From contig CANRHP010000003.1 in the NCBI GenBank assembly GCA_947630455.1, forward strand, positions 32,550 to 96,549: 64,000 nucleotides of DNA, written 5' to 3'. Below the pieces are notes generated by a model. The model made no database searches. It was not told where the DNA came from and saw nothing but the letters and a program-made list of their open reading frames with translations. A program made the position numbers and the translations under genes. Source of the DNA: an uncultured Clostridia bacterium (GTDB lineage: Bacteria > Bacillota > Clostridia > Christensenellales > CAG-314). This document shows positions 48,611 through 58,151 of this stretch, piece after piece. Every line of letters begins with the position of its first letter. The stretch's first letter is position 1.

Positions 48611-48651
48611 GCAAGAAATTGCAAGATATTGTTTCACCAAATGGATATAAT
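48611..48651 (+). promoter_or_regulatory. Tandem 10-mer repeat plus -10 element upstream of the mini-ORFs
   Basis: GCAAGAAATT (48611-48620) and GCAAGATATT (48621-48630) lie directly upstream of, and overlap, the -35 position of TATAAT (48646-48651). Confidence 0.4.
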
Positions 48652-48686
48652 GTTAGCGTAAAAAGAAACGTAAGGAGGTTACGAAA

Positions 48687-48803
48687 ATGTTTTTTGAACA
48701 AAATTTGTACAATGATGAAATCGCTCGTGACTTTGATGACCAACAGGCAAATTACATTTTTGCTTTGGGTTACGCAATGATTCAAAACGAACTCGGTCTG
48801 TAA
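48687..48803 (+). CDS. Unannotated 38-aa small protein (paralogue 1)
   Basis: SD TAAGGAGG lies 7 nt before the ATG. Translation: MFFEQNLYNDEIARDFDDQQANYIFALGYAMIQNELGL. Below the ORF-track size cutoff. Confidence 0.5.
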   Translation: MFFEQNLYNDEIARDFDDQQANYIFALGYAMIQNELGL

Positions 48804-48864
48804 ATACAGGTTCCGTTAAGCCGAAGGGCGAAAAACAAAAAAACGACACAGGAGGTAAAACGTC

Positions 48865-48984
48865 ATGTTTAATTCTTTCTATCAATTAGATGAACAAAAA
48901 GATGTTTGTGAAATTTGCGAAGAGCAATCGGCATATATCAATGCGTTGGCGCTGGACTATGCCTGCATGCAAATCGGAAAATAA
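48865..48984 (+). CDS. Unannotated 39-aa small protein (paralogue 2)
   Basis: SD AGGAGG lies 8 nt before the ATG. Translation: MFNSFYQLDEQKDVCEICEEQSAYINALALDYACMQIGK. Shares an MF start and the Q.A.YI.AL....MQ pattern with paralogue 1. Confidence 0.5.
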   Translation: MFNSFYQLDEQKDVCEICEEQSAYINALALDYACMQIGK

Positions 48985-49005
48985 TATCTAATACTTGTAG
49001 TAAAA

Positions 49006-49046
49006 ACCGCCAAGGAAATTTCTTTTCCGCCGTGGCGGTTTTTTTG
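49006..49046 (+). terminator. Terminator after the mini-ORF pair
   Basis: ACCGCCA pairs with TGGCGGT, followed by TTTTTTT. Confidence 0.6.
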
Positions 49047-49103
49047 TTGTCCCGTGCACAATTGCTATTGAAAGTTTTGGCACAATATGATAAAATATAA
49101 TTT

Positions 49104-50141
49104 ATGAAATTGATTCACACCGCAGATATTCATTTGGATTCCCCCTTGTCCGGCGTGACAAACCCCAATGAACGGCGTCACGAGCTTCTTGTTGCTCTCA
49201 ACGAAATGTCTGAGTATGCAAACAACAACGGTGTGAACGCTATTATTGTGGCGGGGGATCTTTTTGATGAAAACAATACCTCGGAGCAAACGGTAAGGAG
49301 TGTGGCGGATATCGTCGGCCGCAGCAAGGCAAGCTGGTTTGTGATGCGCGGCAATCACGGCGGTGCCGCGCCCTACGTGCTGCTGCACAAATTGGCTGCG
49401 CAAATAAATTTTTTCGGCGAGGATTGGACTTTTTATAATCTCGGCAATGTCACTATATGTGGGCGCGAATTGGGCAGAAACGACGCCGAATACTGGCAGC
49501 GGCTGAAGCTGGATACTTCGCGATACAATATCCTGGTTCTGCATGGTGACGTGGATGACCCGACATACGGTTTGATAGATAAAAACGTTCTTGCCGCCTG
49601 CGGCGCTAAGTATATAGCTTTGGGGCACAGACATACTTTTTCCGAGCAGCGTTTTGGCAGGGTACGTGCTTGTTACAGCGGAGTACTGGAACCGCGCGGT
49701 TTTGATGAGTGTGTGCAAACGGGCTTTGTGGAGATAGATACCGAAACGGACAAGATCAAATTTCTCAATCAGTCTATTCGCACGGTAGTTACAAAACGTA
49801 TAAACGTGACCGGAGTGCAAAGCGACTTGGCTCTGGAGCGCGCAATAAGCGACGCCGTAGCCGATGTGTCCAAACGAAATTATCTCAATGCCGTATTGTA
49901 CGGTGAGTTGAGCGCAGGTCTGCATTTATCTATGGTTGCGGCTCGTGTGCTTGAGGGCAAATATTTTGCGTTGAGAGTCAAGGATGAAACGTCCGCTCAA
50001 CTAAATATACATACGATTGCCGAAGAAGTGTCCCTTCGCGGCGAATTTGTTAAACAGGCAATGCAGATAACGGATGAGCAGCTCAGAAAGGATGTGCTCA
50101 AGATGGGACTTGACGCGCTCAACGGAGAGGTGCTGCAATGA
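49104..50141 (+). CDS. SbcD/Mre11-like metallophosphoesterase (YhaO-like)
   Basis: MKLIHTADIHLD, GDLFD, GNH and LHG motifs. The promoter TTGAAA-17-TGaTAAAAT ends 7 nt before the ATG and there is no SD. Confidence 0.8.
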   Translation: MKLIHTADIHLDSPLSGVTNPNERRHELLVALNEMSEYANNNGVNAIIVAGDLFDENNTSEQTVRSVADIVGRSKASWFVMRGNHGGAAPYVLLHKLAAQINFFGEDWTFYNLGNVTICGRELGRNDAEYWQRLKLDTSRYNILVLHGDVDDPTYGLIDKNVLAACGAKYIALGHRHTFSEQRFGRVRACYSGVLEPRGFDECVQTGFVEIDTETDKIKFLNQSIRTVVTKRINVTGVQSDLALERAISDAVADVSKRNYLNAVLYGELSAGLHLSMVAARVLEGKYFALRVKDETSAQLNIHTIAEEVSLRGEFVKQAMQITDEQLRKDVLKMGLDALNGEVLQ

Positions 50142-52015
50142 GAATAATTTCCCTCAATGTGGTGGCGTTCGGCAAGCTTAAAGACGTTCAGATCAATTTT
50201 CAAAACGGACTGAATGTACTGCAAAACGTCAACGGATTCGGCAAAACTACTGTGGCAAGCTTTATACGCGCCATGCTATACGGGTTTACCTATCGCCATT
50301 CTGGTGGAGCAACCGACGCGTCGCATTTTCAACCATGGGGCAGCTCCGAACGCTTCGGCGGCAGCATGACGGTAGCTCACGACGGCGAGATTTATCGAAT
50401 AGAGCGTTTTTTCGGCGCAACAGCACGCGCTGAGAAATGCCGTGTTACTAACGAAAAAACGGGCAAGGAAATGGCGTGGCAGGTTCCGGGCGAAACGCTG
50501 CTCGGATTGACTGCCGAAAGCTACGACCGATCTGCTTATTTTCCACAGGAAGCTGTGGAATTGAGCTCCAACGACAATTTTGAAAAACGCCTTGCAAATT
50601 TGGTGGAAAACGGTGCGGAAGACTTTGAAAAAGTACAAAACAGATTGCGTGACTATAAAAAAAATTTGCGTTACGAAAGAGGCGTCGGCGGCCGCATAGC
50701 AGATCTTCAAAAGCAGCAAAGCGATTTGGAACACAGCCTACAGGAAATAAAGGAGGCGAAGCGCCGCAAGACTCAAATAGAAAGCAGCTTGCAGCAGCTT
50801 GCTTCGAAACAAGCTGAACTACAGCGCATGCAGCGTGAAAATCGTTCGGAAAGCGAGCGTTTGCAACGTCGTCTTGCGCAGGCTGTGCCGTCCGAAGAGG
50901 AAATCTCGGCGCGAGCCCGATTGCAGCAGGTAGAGGAAAATCTCGGTCGTATTCCGGCGCAGTTCGAAGCGGATCTGTCCCGTTGCGACAATTTGTATCG
51001 GGAAATTTCCGCCGTACCGCCCTTTCGTACGGAGCAAACCATTCGAAAGCGTTGGTGGCTGGCGGGACTTGCCGCGGCATTTGCCGTAATCGGCGTGTTG
51101 ATGATTGTGCTCGGTGTAGTCGGTGTAGTGCCCGTTGCCGTGGGAGCGACTGTGGGAACGGCGGCAATTGTTTTGTCTGTTGTGAGTTGTTTCTTCGTCG
51201 TTTCAAAACAAACGCGTCAGGTATCGCTTGAAAAGGAACGCAGCGGACTGCTGGACGAATATTTTTCAATTGCAAGCAGATATGTTTATGTTGAGGACGC
51301 CAACCCGGAAAGCGTCCGTCGTGCGCTTTGGGATCTGAACTCACGTTATCAGGGCGATTTGCAGCTGCGTGAAACACTCAAAAAAATTATCAGACCACAG
51401 GTGGATCTGTCGCAGCTTAGGCAAAGCGTCGACGCCTGCGCTGCGGCGGAACAACAGTTGTCTCAAATGGGCAACAACCTGCTTTCCGAAGAGGTTTCCC
51501 TCAGAGAGGAAGCGAAGCGTCTCAATGTGGACACGGTGCAAATCGAGGATAAGCTATTGGATGTCAAAGCTCAGCTGGCGCAGGCGGAATACCGCTACAA
51601 AGTTGCGGAGTTGACCTTGAAGCTGCTTGAAAAAGCAAAAGACAGTCTGTCCGGCAGCTATCTTCCCCGTCTTTGTCATCGCACAACGGAGCTTCTTCAA
51701 GAAATTTCCTCAATGAGTCTTGAAGCTGCAGTGGACAATAAATTTGTAGTAAATCTTCGTGAAAGGGGCGTAACAAAACCGATGAGCGAGTTCAGCCGAG
51801 GTATTCGGGAAATTACGCTGCTTTGCTTTCGTATAGCCCTCTCCGAGTTGCTGTATGACGGAGCAATTCCCTTTCTTATCGTGGACGACGCGTTTGTCAA
51901 CTACGATGAGTACAATTTTGTGCGTGCCACAGAGCTGTTAAAAAAGCTTTCGGCACACACGCAGATTATTTATTTTACTTGTCACAACCGCACAGGCAAG
52001 CTGTTAAACAAGTAG
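50138..52015 (+). CDS. SbcC/Rad50-like AAA ATPase with coiled coil and two central TM helices (YhaN-like)
   Basis: Walker A NGFGKTT, long heptad-rich Q/E/R/L segments and Walker B FLIVDDAF. The hydrophobic stretch WWLAGLAAAFAVIGVLMIVLGVVGVVPVAVGATVGTAAIVLSVVSCFFVV lies mid-protein. ATGA overlap with the upstream gene. Confidence 0.75.
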   Translation: MRIISLNVVAFGKLKDVQINFQNGLNVLQNVNGFGKTTVASFIRAMLYGFTYRHSGGATDASHFQPWGSSERFGGSMTVAHDGEIYRIERFFGATARAEKCRVTNEKTGKEMAWQVPGETLLGLTAESYDRSAYFPQEAVELSSNDNFEKRLANLVENGAEDFEKVQNRLRDYKKNLRYERGVGGRIADLQKQQSDLEHSLQEIKEAKRRKTQIESSLQQLASKQAELQRMQRENRSESERLQRRLAQAVPSEEEISARARLQQVEENLGRIPAQFEADLSRCDNLYREISAVPPFRTEQTIRKRWWLAGLAAAFAVIGVLMIVLGVVGVVPVAVGATVGTAAIVLSVVSCFFVVSKQTRQVSLEKERSGLLDEYFSIASRYVYVEDANPESVRRALWDLNSRYQGDLQLRETLKKIIRPQVDLSQLRQSVDACAAAEQQLSQMGNNLLSEEVSLREEAKRLNVDTVQIEDKLLDVKAQLAQAEYRYKVAELTLKLLEKAKDSLSGSYLPRLCHRTTELLQEISSMSLEAAVDNKFVVNLRERGVTKPMSEFSRGIREITLLCFRIALSELLYDGAIPFLIVDDAFVNYDEYNFVRATELLKKLSAHTQIIYFTCHNRTGKLLNK

Positions 52016-52052
52016 CCATGTGCATTAAAATAAAAAAAGAGGTGGTACTAAC

Positions 52053-52859
52053 ATGGATGTAGTAAATTTCAGCAAAGAAATAAGGCGTAATACGCTCAGA
52101 TGTCTGCATTCACAAGGATCGGGGCACGTCGGCGGCAGTTTGTCTATTGTGGACTTGCTTGCCGTGTTGTATTCCAAGCATATGCATGTGGATCCCGCCG
52201 ATCCCAAAATGGACGATCGCGACAAGCTTGTGCTGAGCAAGGGACATGCAGGTCCCGCACTGTATGCAACGCTGGCGTTGAAGGGCTTTTTCCCTATGGA
52301 GTGGTTGGATACTCTCAATAAACTGGGAACTCGTCTCCCCAGTCACGTGAACGTCAATCTAACTCCGGGTGTGGATATGACGGCAGGGAGTCTTGGGCAG
52401 GGGCTTTCCGCTGCGTGCGGTATTGCAATTGCCGACAAACTCAAAGGCGTAGACAGATATGTGTACGTCATTACCGGCGACGGTGAGCTGCAAGAGGGAC
52501 AAAATTGGGAAGGCGCTATGTTTGCCGCACAAAAAAGACTGGATCACGTCATTGTTTTTGTGGACAACAACAAGCTGCAAATCGACGGAGCCACCCAAAA
52601 TATAATAAACGTTGAAGATATCGAGGCAAAGTTTGCCGCTTTCGGCTTCGATACGCAGCGCGTGGACGGCAAGGATCTTGAAGCGTTGGATCGTGCTATC
52701 GTCCAAGCAAAGTCCGCTCACAACGGTAAACCGCAATGTATTGTGATGGAAACCGTTAAGGGCAAGGGCGTGAGTTTCTATGAAACTATGGGCGCGGGTG
52801 TGCACAGCACAACCGTCACCGACGAACAATACGCAGCAGCGTTGGAAGAATTGAAATGA
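52053..52859 (+). CDS. Transketolase, N-terminal subunit
   Basis: GSGHVGGSLSIVDLLAVLY and LSKGHAGPALYA match the thiamine-PP domain of split transketolase. Confidence 0.9.
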   Translation: MDVVNFSKEIRRNTLRCLHSQGSGHVGGSLSIVDLLAVLYSKHMHVDPADPKMDDRDKLVLSKGHAGPALYATLALKGFFPMEWLDTLNKLGTRLPSHVNVNLTPGVDMTAGSLGQGLSAACGIAIADKLKGVDRYVYVITGDGELQEGQNWEGAMFAAQKRLDHVIVFVDNNKLQIDGATQNIINVEDIEAKFAAFGFDTQRVDGKDLEALDRAIVQAKSAHNGKPQCIVMETVKGKGVSFYETMGAGVHSTTVTDEQYAAALEELK

Positions 52860-52869
52860 GGTTATTGCT

Positions 52870-53796
52870 ATGGAGCTTAGAAAAGAATACGTCGGCGAGC
52901 TTGCCCGATTGATGAGAGAAAATGACAAAATAGTTGTGTTGGATGCCGATCTTGCCAGTGCAGGCGGCACCAAGGCGTTGTATTCGGAATTTCCCGATAG
53001 ATGTATAGAGGTGGGTATTGCCGAGGCAAATATGGCTTGTATTGCCGCAGGACTTGCCACAAGAGGATTTATTCCCTTTATCCACAGCTTTGTGCCCTTT
53101 GTTACGAGAAGGGCTTTGGATCAGATCGCCGTTTCGGTGTGTTATTCAGAGCAAAATGTGCGGATTGTCGGCTTCGACCCCGGTGTACACACAACCTACA
53201 ACGGCGGTACTCATATGAGCTTTGAAGACTTGGCAATCATGCGTGCTTTTTGCAATATCGCCGTATTGGATATTGTGGATGGTGTGCAGCTGCGTAAAGC
53301 TCTTCCATATATTGTCGAACACAAGGGACCCATGTACATACGGTTTGTTCGCAAGCAGACGGATGTGATGTTTGGAGAGGACTACGAGTTCCGTTTCGGA
53401 AAGGCAGACAAGCTGCGTGACGGCAAAGACATCACCGTAATAGCCGGGGGAACCATGTTGTTTGACGCAGTGCAAGCGGCTGACCGTTTGGAAAAGGAAG
53501 GTTATTCCGTTGATTTGCTCGGTATTCATACGGTAAAACCATTGGACGAGCAAGCTGTTTTGGATTCTGCGCGCAAAACCAAACGTGTGTTGACAGTGGA
53601 AAATCACAGCATACACGGTGGATTGTACGGAGCTGTTACTGAGGTTCTTTCGGCAAACGAGCCCACGCTTTGCGATGCGGTGGCTGTGCGCGACAGGCTT
53701 ACTCAAGTGGGCAATCTCGCCGATCTCAAACGCGATTACGCTTTGGCGGTAGACGATATCTATTCGCGCGCCATCAAATTGATTGAACACAAGTAA
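52870..53796 (+). CDS. Transketolase, C-terminal subunit
   Basis: [17 protein letters not shown] pyrimidine-binding domain. Follows the N-terminal subunit. Confidence 0.9.
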   Translation: MELRKEYVGELARLMRENDKIVVLDADLASAGGTKALYSEFPDRCIEVGIAEANMACIAAGLATRGFIPFIHSFVPFVTRRALDQIAVSVCYSEQNVRIVGFDPGVHTTYNGGTHMSFEDLAIMRAFCNIAVLDIVDGVQLRKALPYIVEHKGPMYIRFVRKQTDVMFGEDYEFRFGKADKLRDGKDITVIAGGTMLFDAVQAADRLEKEGYSVDLLGIHTVKPLDEQAVLDSARKTKRVLTVENHSIHGGLYGAVTEVLSANEPTLCDAVAVRDRLTQVGNLADLKRDYALAVDDIYSRAIKLIEHK

Positions 53797-53801
53797 CGGT
53801 T

Positions 53802-55289
53802 ATGAATTCAAAAAAGTACATCCTTGCATTGGATCAGGGTACTACCAGCTCGCGGGCGGTTATATTTGATAACAACGGAGAAATCGTTTCGCGTGCGCAG
53901 CAGGAATTTCCGCAAATATATCCCAACGGCGGTTGGGTGGAGCATGATCCCAATGACATTTTGAGCAGTCAGTTGGGTGTTATTGCCGAGGCATTTGTAC
54001 GGGCAGGTATCACCGGCGAGGATATTGCTGCGCTGGGCATAACAAATCAGCGCGAAACCACTATCGTGTGGGAAAGACGTACCGGTAAACCCATCTACAA
54101 TGCCATTGTGTGGCAATGCAGACGTACGGCAAGCTACTGTGAACAGCTTCGCAGTCATGGGCTGGAACAGTATATTTACGATAAAACAGGCTTGGTGTTG
54201 GACGCGTACTTTTCCGCCACAAAACTCAAGTGGATATTGGACAATGTTGAGGGTGCACGAGCACGCGCCGAAAAGGGAGAACTTTGCTTTGGTACGGTGG
54301 ACACATATTTGATGTGGAACCTTTCCAAGGGAAAAATTTTTGCAACGGACTGTACCAATGCCAGCCGTACAATGCTTTATAACATACACGAAATGCGGTG
54401 GGATGAGGATCTGCTGAAGCTTTTTGATATACCCGAGTGCATGCTGCCGGAGGTTTACCCCAGTACACACTGCTATGGTTTTGCAGATGTAACAATGCTG
54501 GGCGCGCGCGTACCTATTTGCGGCGTTGTCGGAGATCAGCAGGGCGCGCTGTTCGGACAGCTTTGCGTCGATGCCGGCGATATGAAAAATACGTTTGGTA
54601 CGGGTTGTTTTATGCTAATGCATACGGGCGACAGACCTGTTTGCTCCAAGGGGTTGGTGACAACTCTTGCCGCTTGCTTCACAATGTGTCCGCAGTATGC
54701 CCTTGAAGGAAGTGTTTTTATGGGAGGAGCAACCGTGCAGTGGCTGCGTGACGAAATGCGTATGATACGCGAAGCAGCCGATTCCGAAGCTTACGCGATG
54801 AGTGTACCGGACACTAACGGAGTGTACATTATTCCCGCGTTTGTTGGCTTGGGCGCCCCCTATTGGGATCCAAACGTCAGAGGTACGGTGTTCGGTCTTA
54901 CTCGCGGGACGAGAAAAGAGCATTTTGTACGCGCGGTATTGGAATCCATCGCCTACCAAGTCTACGACGTGGCAAAGGCGATGGAAAAGGATCTGGGCAG
55001 TCCGATAACGTCGCTCTATGTGGATGGTGGCGGTTCGGCAAATGATTTTTTGATGCAGTTTCAGGCAGATATACTTGCCACACAGGTGCTGCGTCCAAGG
55101 GTTATCGAAACCACGGCACTTGGCGCATGCTATCTTGCAGGGCTGTCGGTGGGCTACTTTGACAGCGTTGATGAAATCAAACGCAACAAGCGCATAGAAA
55201 AAACCTTTGTCCCCTCGATGGATGAGCATACGCGGCGACGTTTAGTCAATGGCTGGACAGATTGCGTTCGCCGTGCACGTCAGCTTTAA
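53802..55289 (+). CDS. glpK: Glycerol kinase
   Basis: [30 protein letters not shown] and [18 protein letters not shown] motifs. Confidence 0.95.
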   Translation: MNSKKYILALDQGTTSSRAVIFDNNGEIVSRAQQEFPQIYPNGGWVEHDPNDILSSQLGVIAEAFVRAGITGEDIAALGITNQRETTIVWERRTGKPIYNAIVWQCRRTASYCEQLRSHGLEQYIYDKTGLVLDAYFSATKLKWILDNVEGARARAEKGELCFGTVDTYLMWNLSKGKIFATDCTNASRTMLYNIHEMRWDEDLLKLFDIPECMLPEVYPSTHCYGFADVTMLGARVPICGVVGDQQGALFGQLCVDAGDMKNTFGTGCFMLMHTGDRPVCSKGLVTTLAACFTMCPQYALEGSVFMGGATVQWLRDEMRMIREAADSEAYAMSVPDTNGVYIIPAFVGLGAPYWDPNVRGTVFGLTRGTRKEHFVRAVLESIAYQVYDVAKAMEKDLGSPITSLYVDGGGSANDFLMQFQADILATQVLRPRVIETTALGACYLAGLSVGYFDSVDEIKRNKRIEKTFVPSMDEHTRRRLVNGWTDCVRRARQL

Positions 55290-55443
55290 GCTGCGGCTTG
55301 TAGCGATAGTGTTAGCTAAGATTTAACAAATTAACGGTTTGTATTTGTGATGTTGCTCAACAAGCGTTCGATTTTATGAGTGCGTTAAAAATGCAAATCG
55401 TTTTTTATTTGCCAACAAATAGAAAATTCTGTATAATGGATTT

Positions 55444-56175
55444 ATGAAAAGAATAGGAGTAATCACCGATGTTCACGGTAATTTAGAAGCCTTGAAGGCT
55501 GCGCTTGCTATGCTGGATGAGCTTGACTGCGACGAGATTTTGCACCTCGGAGACGTGGTTGATATCGGACCCAACTCAAGAGAATGTCTTGATATTTTGC
55601 TTGCTCGCAGCGATGTAATTTGCCTGTTGGGAAATCATGACAGAGATTTTGTAATTGACCATGCGTCGCTAAATGAGAGCTCGCATGTGCCCGAAGCACA
55701 CAAAAGGCAGGTATTCGACAGTCTTACGGAACGCCAACGGCAAGCTGTAAAGGCATTTCCTTTGGCTGTTACCCGCGTCTGCGGCGGACAAAAATTGTTG
55801 TTTTGCCATTATGCATTGAAAAACGTGCCTTTTGATTGGAAAATTTTTCCGTTTATGCCCTTGCAAAACAAGCCAACGGCAAAAGCATTGGATGAAATTT
55901 TCGCAAATGCGGATGCCGACGCAGTATTTTTCGGTCACAAGCACGAGCCTTGCGACATTTGCGGGAGATTGTTATATGTGGACGTGGGCAGTGTGGGTTG
56001 TCACCCGGAGCCTTATGCGAGGGCGGTAGTGATAGATTACGACGATTTCGATTGGAGCTATCGCAGATTGCAAACTCCCTACGACAACGAGGCGGTACGC
56101 AGATGTATGCATTCGGAAACAGTTGCGGGAGATGAGCTTTTCGATTACTATTTTTTGCACAAAAATTTGCAATAA
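55444..56175 (+). CDS. Metallophosphoesterase-family protein
   Basis: GVITDVHGN, LGDVVD, GNHD and GHKH motifs. The promoter TTGCCA-17-TATAAT ends 6 nt before the ATG and there is no SD. Confidence 0.8.
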   Translation: MKRIGVITDVHGNLEALKAALAMLDELDCDEILHLGDVVDIGPNSRECLDILLARSDVICLLGNHDRDFVIDHASLNESSHVPEAHKRQVFDSLTERQRQAVKAFPLAVTRVCGGQKLLFCHYALKNVPFDWKIFPFMPLQNKPTAKALDEIFANADADAVFFGHKHEPCDICGRLLYVDVGSVGCHPEPYARAVVIDYDDFDWSYRRLQTPYDNEAVRRCMHSETVAGDELFDYYFLHKNLQ

Positions 56176-56292
56176 AGTAAGTTTTTGTTTATAAATAAAA
56201 GCATTTCTAAACGGACGAGGACTCAATAAATAGAAACGCGCTTTTCGGAATTTTCCAAAAAGCGCGTTTAAGTTTTCGGTTGTTTTGTCGTA

Positions 56293-57162
56293 TCAGACGC
56301 GTTCCTCTCCCCAATAACAAGCAAATACTGTGCCGGGACCGCAGTGCGAAGCAATGACCGGTCCGATGTCGAATATACGTATATCCGCCTTTGGAAAGCG
56401 TTCCTTCAGTCTTGCAGCAAATTTGTTGGCGGAGCTGATATAGTCCGAGTGTCCAAGCCACAGCTTGCCGTCGTAGTCGCTGCCGTTTTGTATTGTTTCT
56501 TCGATTTTTGCGAGCATTTTTCCTGCCGCTTTCGTTTCGCTCATGCATTTGGCTACGGGTATTATCTTGCCGCTCTTGTCCGTATTCATCACAGGACAGA
56601 TGTGCAGTATGTTGCCGACCATTGCCGCAACGGATGAAACCCTGCCGCTTTTGCGAAAGTATGTGAGGGTTGTGCTGTAAAAGATGTGATGCAGCTTAGT
56701 ACGGTTTTCGTAAGCCCAACGGTACAGCTCGTCCATTGTTTTGCCGTTGTCGCGCATATCCGCAAGACAATCTATCAACATGCCGTAGCCAACGCAGGCA
56801 CAGGTGGTGTCCAAAACGTAAATTTTGCGGTCGGGAAATTCCTCCTTGAGATCCTCCGCAGCGCTCAATGCGTTTACAACAGAATTGGAAAGAGCAGAAC
56901 TGAATGCAAGATGAAGCAAATCGCCTTTTTGCAGCAGCGGACGGAAAAATTCCTTGTATCTTTCCACGTTGATAAGAGACGTGGTTGCACGTTTGCCGGC
57001 AGTAAGTTGATTGTAAAAAATAGCAAGTCCGTTGCCTGCGCGCATATCGTCGGGATAGTCTACTCCGTCTATTGTGTAGTAGTAGGCAATGGCGGGGATT
57101 TTTCTTTTGGCAAGCAAATCGGCATTTAAGTCAACCGTAGATTCGCAGCTTATTGTGTACAT
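56293..57162 (-). CDS. DegV-family fatty-acid-binding protein
   Basis: N-terminus SCESTVDL and the typical DegV length (289 aa). SD AAAGGAGA lies upstream. Confidence 0.8.
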   Translation of the reverse strand: MYTISCESTVDLNADLLAKRKIPAIAYYYTIDGVDYPDDMRAGNGLAIFYNQLTAGKRATTSLINVERYKEFFRPLLQKGDLLHLAFSSALSNSVVNALSAAEDLKEEFPDRKIYVLDTTCACVGYGMLIDCLADMRDNGKTMDELYRWAYENRTKLHHIFYSTTLTYFRKSGRVSSVAAMVGNILHICPVMNTDKSGKIIPVAKCMSETKAAGKMLAKIEETIQNGSDYDGKLWLGHSDYISSANKFAARLKERFPKADIRIFDIGPVIASHCGPGTVFACYWGEERV

Positions 57163-57352
57163 AATTTTTCTCCTTTGAGTTACATTATACTACAAGGCTC
57201 CGCAAAGTCCCCCTACTGATGCGGTTGAAAAATCTACGAAGTCATTTTGCCAAAGTAGAATGAGATAAACGTAATTCTACTCACAGTAGAGTAGCTTTTT
57301 TCAGCTCTTCATAATGCTTGCCAATACTCTGATTACGTGGTATAATACGCTC

Positions 57353-57970
57353 ATGGACGAATTGAAACAAACAATTGCCGCCAATCTGGTCAATTATCGC
57401 AAGCAAGCGCACCTTACGCAGCAGCAGCTTGCGGAAAAGATCAATTATACGGATAAAGCCGTAAGCAAATGGGAGCGCGGCGAGGGCGTTCCCGATGTAA
57501 TTGTGCTCAAAAGCCTTGCGGATATCTACGGCATCACCGTCAACGACTTCCTTGTGGAACACAACGACAAACCAAAAAAGCTTCGTCTCAAGGATTTTTG
57601 GGCGAAGCGTTGGCTGATCACGTTGTTAAGCGCCGGGTTGGTTTTTCTTGTTGCCACGGTGGTCACAGTGATATGGTGGCTGATTGTCCCCGAGGACGGC
57701 ACAACGGTGGCAAAGTATGCTTATATAGCCGCCATTCCCATTGCGTTGATAGTGACGCTTGTATTTGCCTGCGTGTGGGGCAAGCTTTGGATGCGTTGTT
57801 TGGTGGCGTCGGCGCTGATATGGACTTTGTGTCTGCTGCTGCATTTGGTAATCCTCAGTCTTTCCAGCTATGCTTGGATGATCTATCTGATTGGCGCGGC
57901 ATTGCAGGTGTTGGTGATACTTTGGTTCGCATTGGAGTACTTTATCAAACGCGGCAAGCAAAACAAGTAG
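57353..57970 (+). CDS. XRE-family HTH protein with four C-terminal TM helices
   Basis: LTQQQLAEKINYTDKAVSKWERGEGVPD HTH segment followed by hydrophobic helices. The promoter TTGCCA-17-TGgTATAAT ends 6 nt before ATG 57353. Confidence 0.8.
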   Translation: MDELKQTIAANLVNYRKQAHLTQQQLAEKINYTDKAVSKWERGEGVPDVIVLKSLADIYGITVNDFLVEHNDKPKKLRLKDFWAKRWLITLLSAGLVFLVATVVTVIWWLIVPEDGTTVAKYAYIAAIPIALIVTLVFACVWGKLWMRCLVASALIWTLCLLLHLVILSLSSYAWMIYLIGAALQVLVILWFALEYFIKRGKQNK

Positions 57971-58151
57971 TGAGCGTTTCGAAGCAAATTTTGATATATC
58001 GGTTAGTCCTCTTGAGAAGGTTTTCCGTTATTAAATAAAATCTTATTCGATTTTTTCAAATATCGTGAGAATTTCCAACTTCGGTATTGACTTTGTTGTT
58101 GCCGACAGACTATAATATTACCACAATAGAACAAGGAGGAGAAGCTGTTAC

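Noticed and set aside
49065-51377. Long minus-strand ORFs (286 aa and 309 aa) opposite the sbcD/sbcC-like genes.
   Set aside because: These are antisense shadows of well-supported plus-strand genes. Their Arg/Pro/Cys-rich composition has no family signature.
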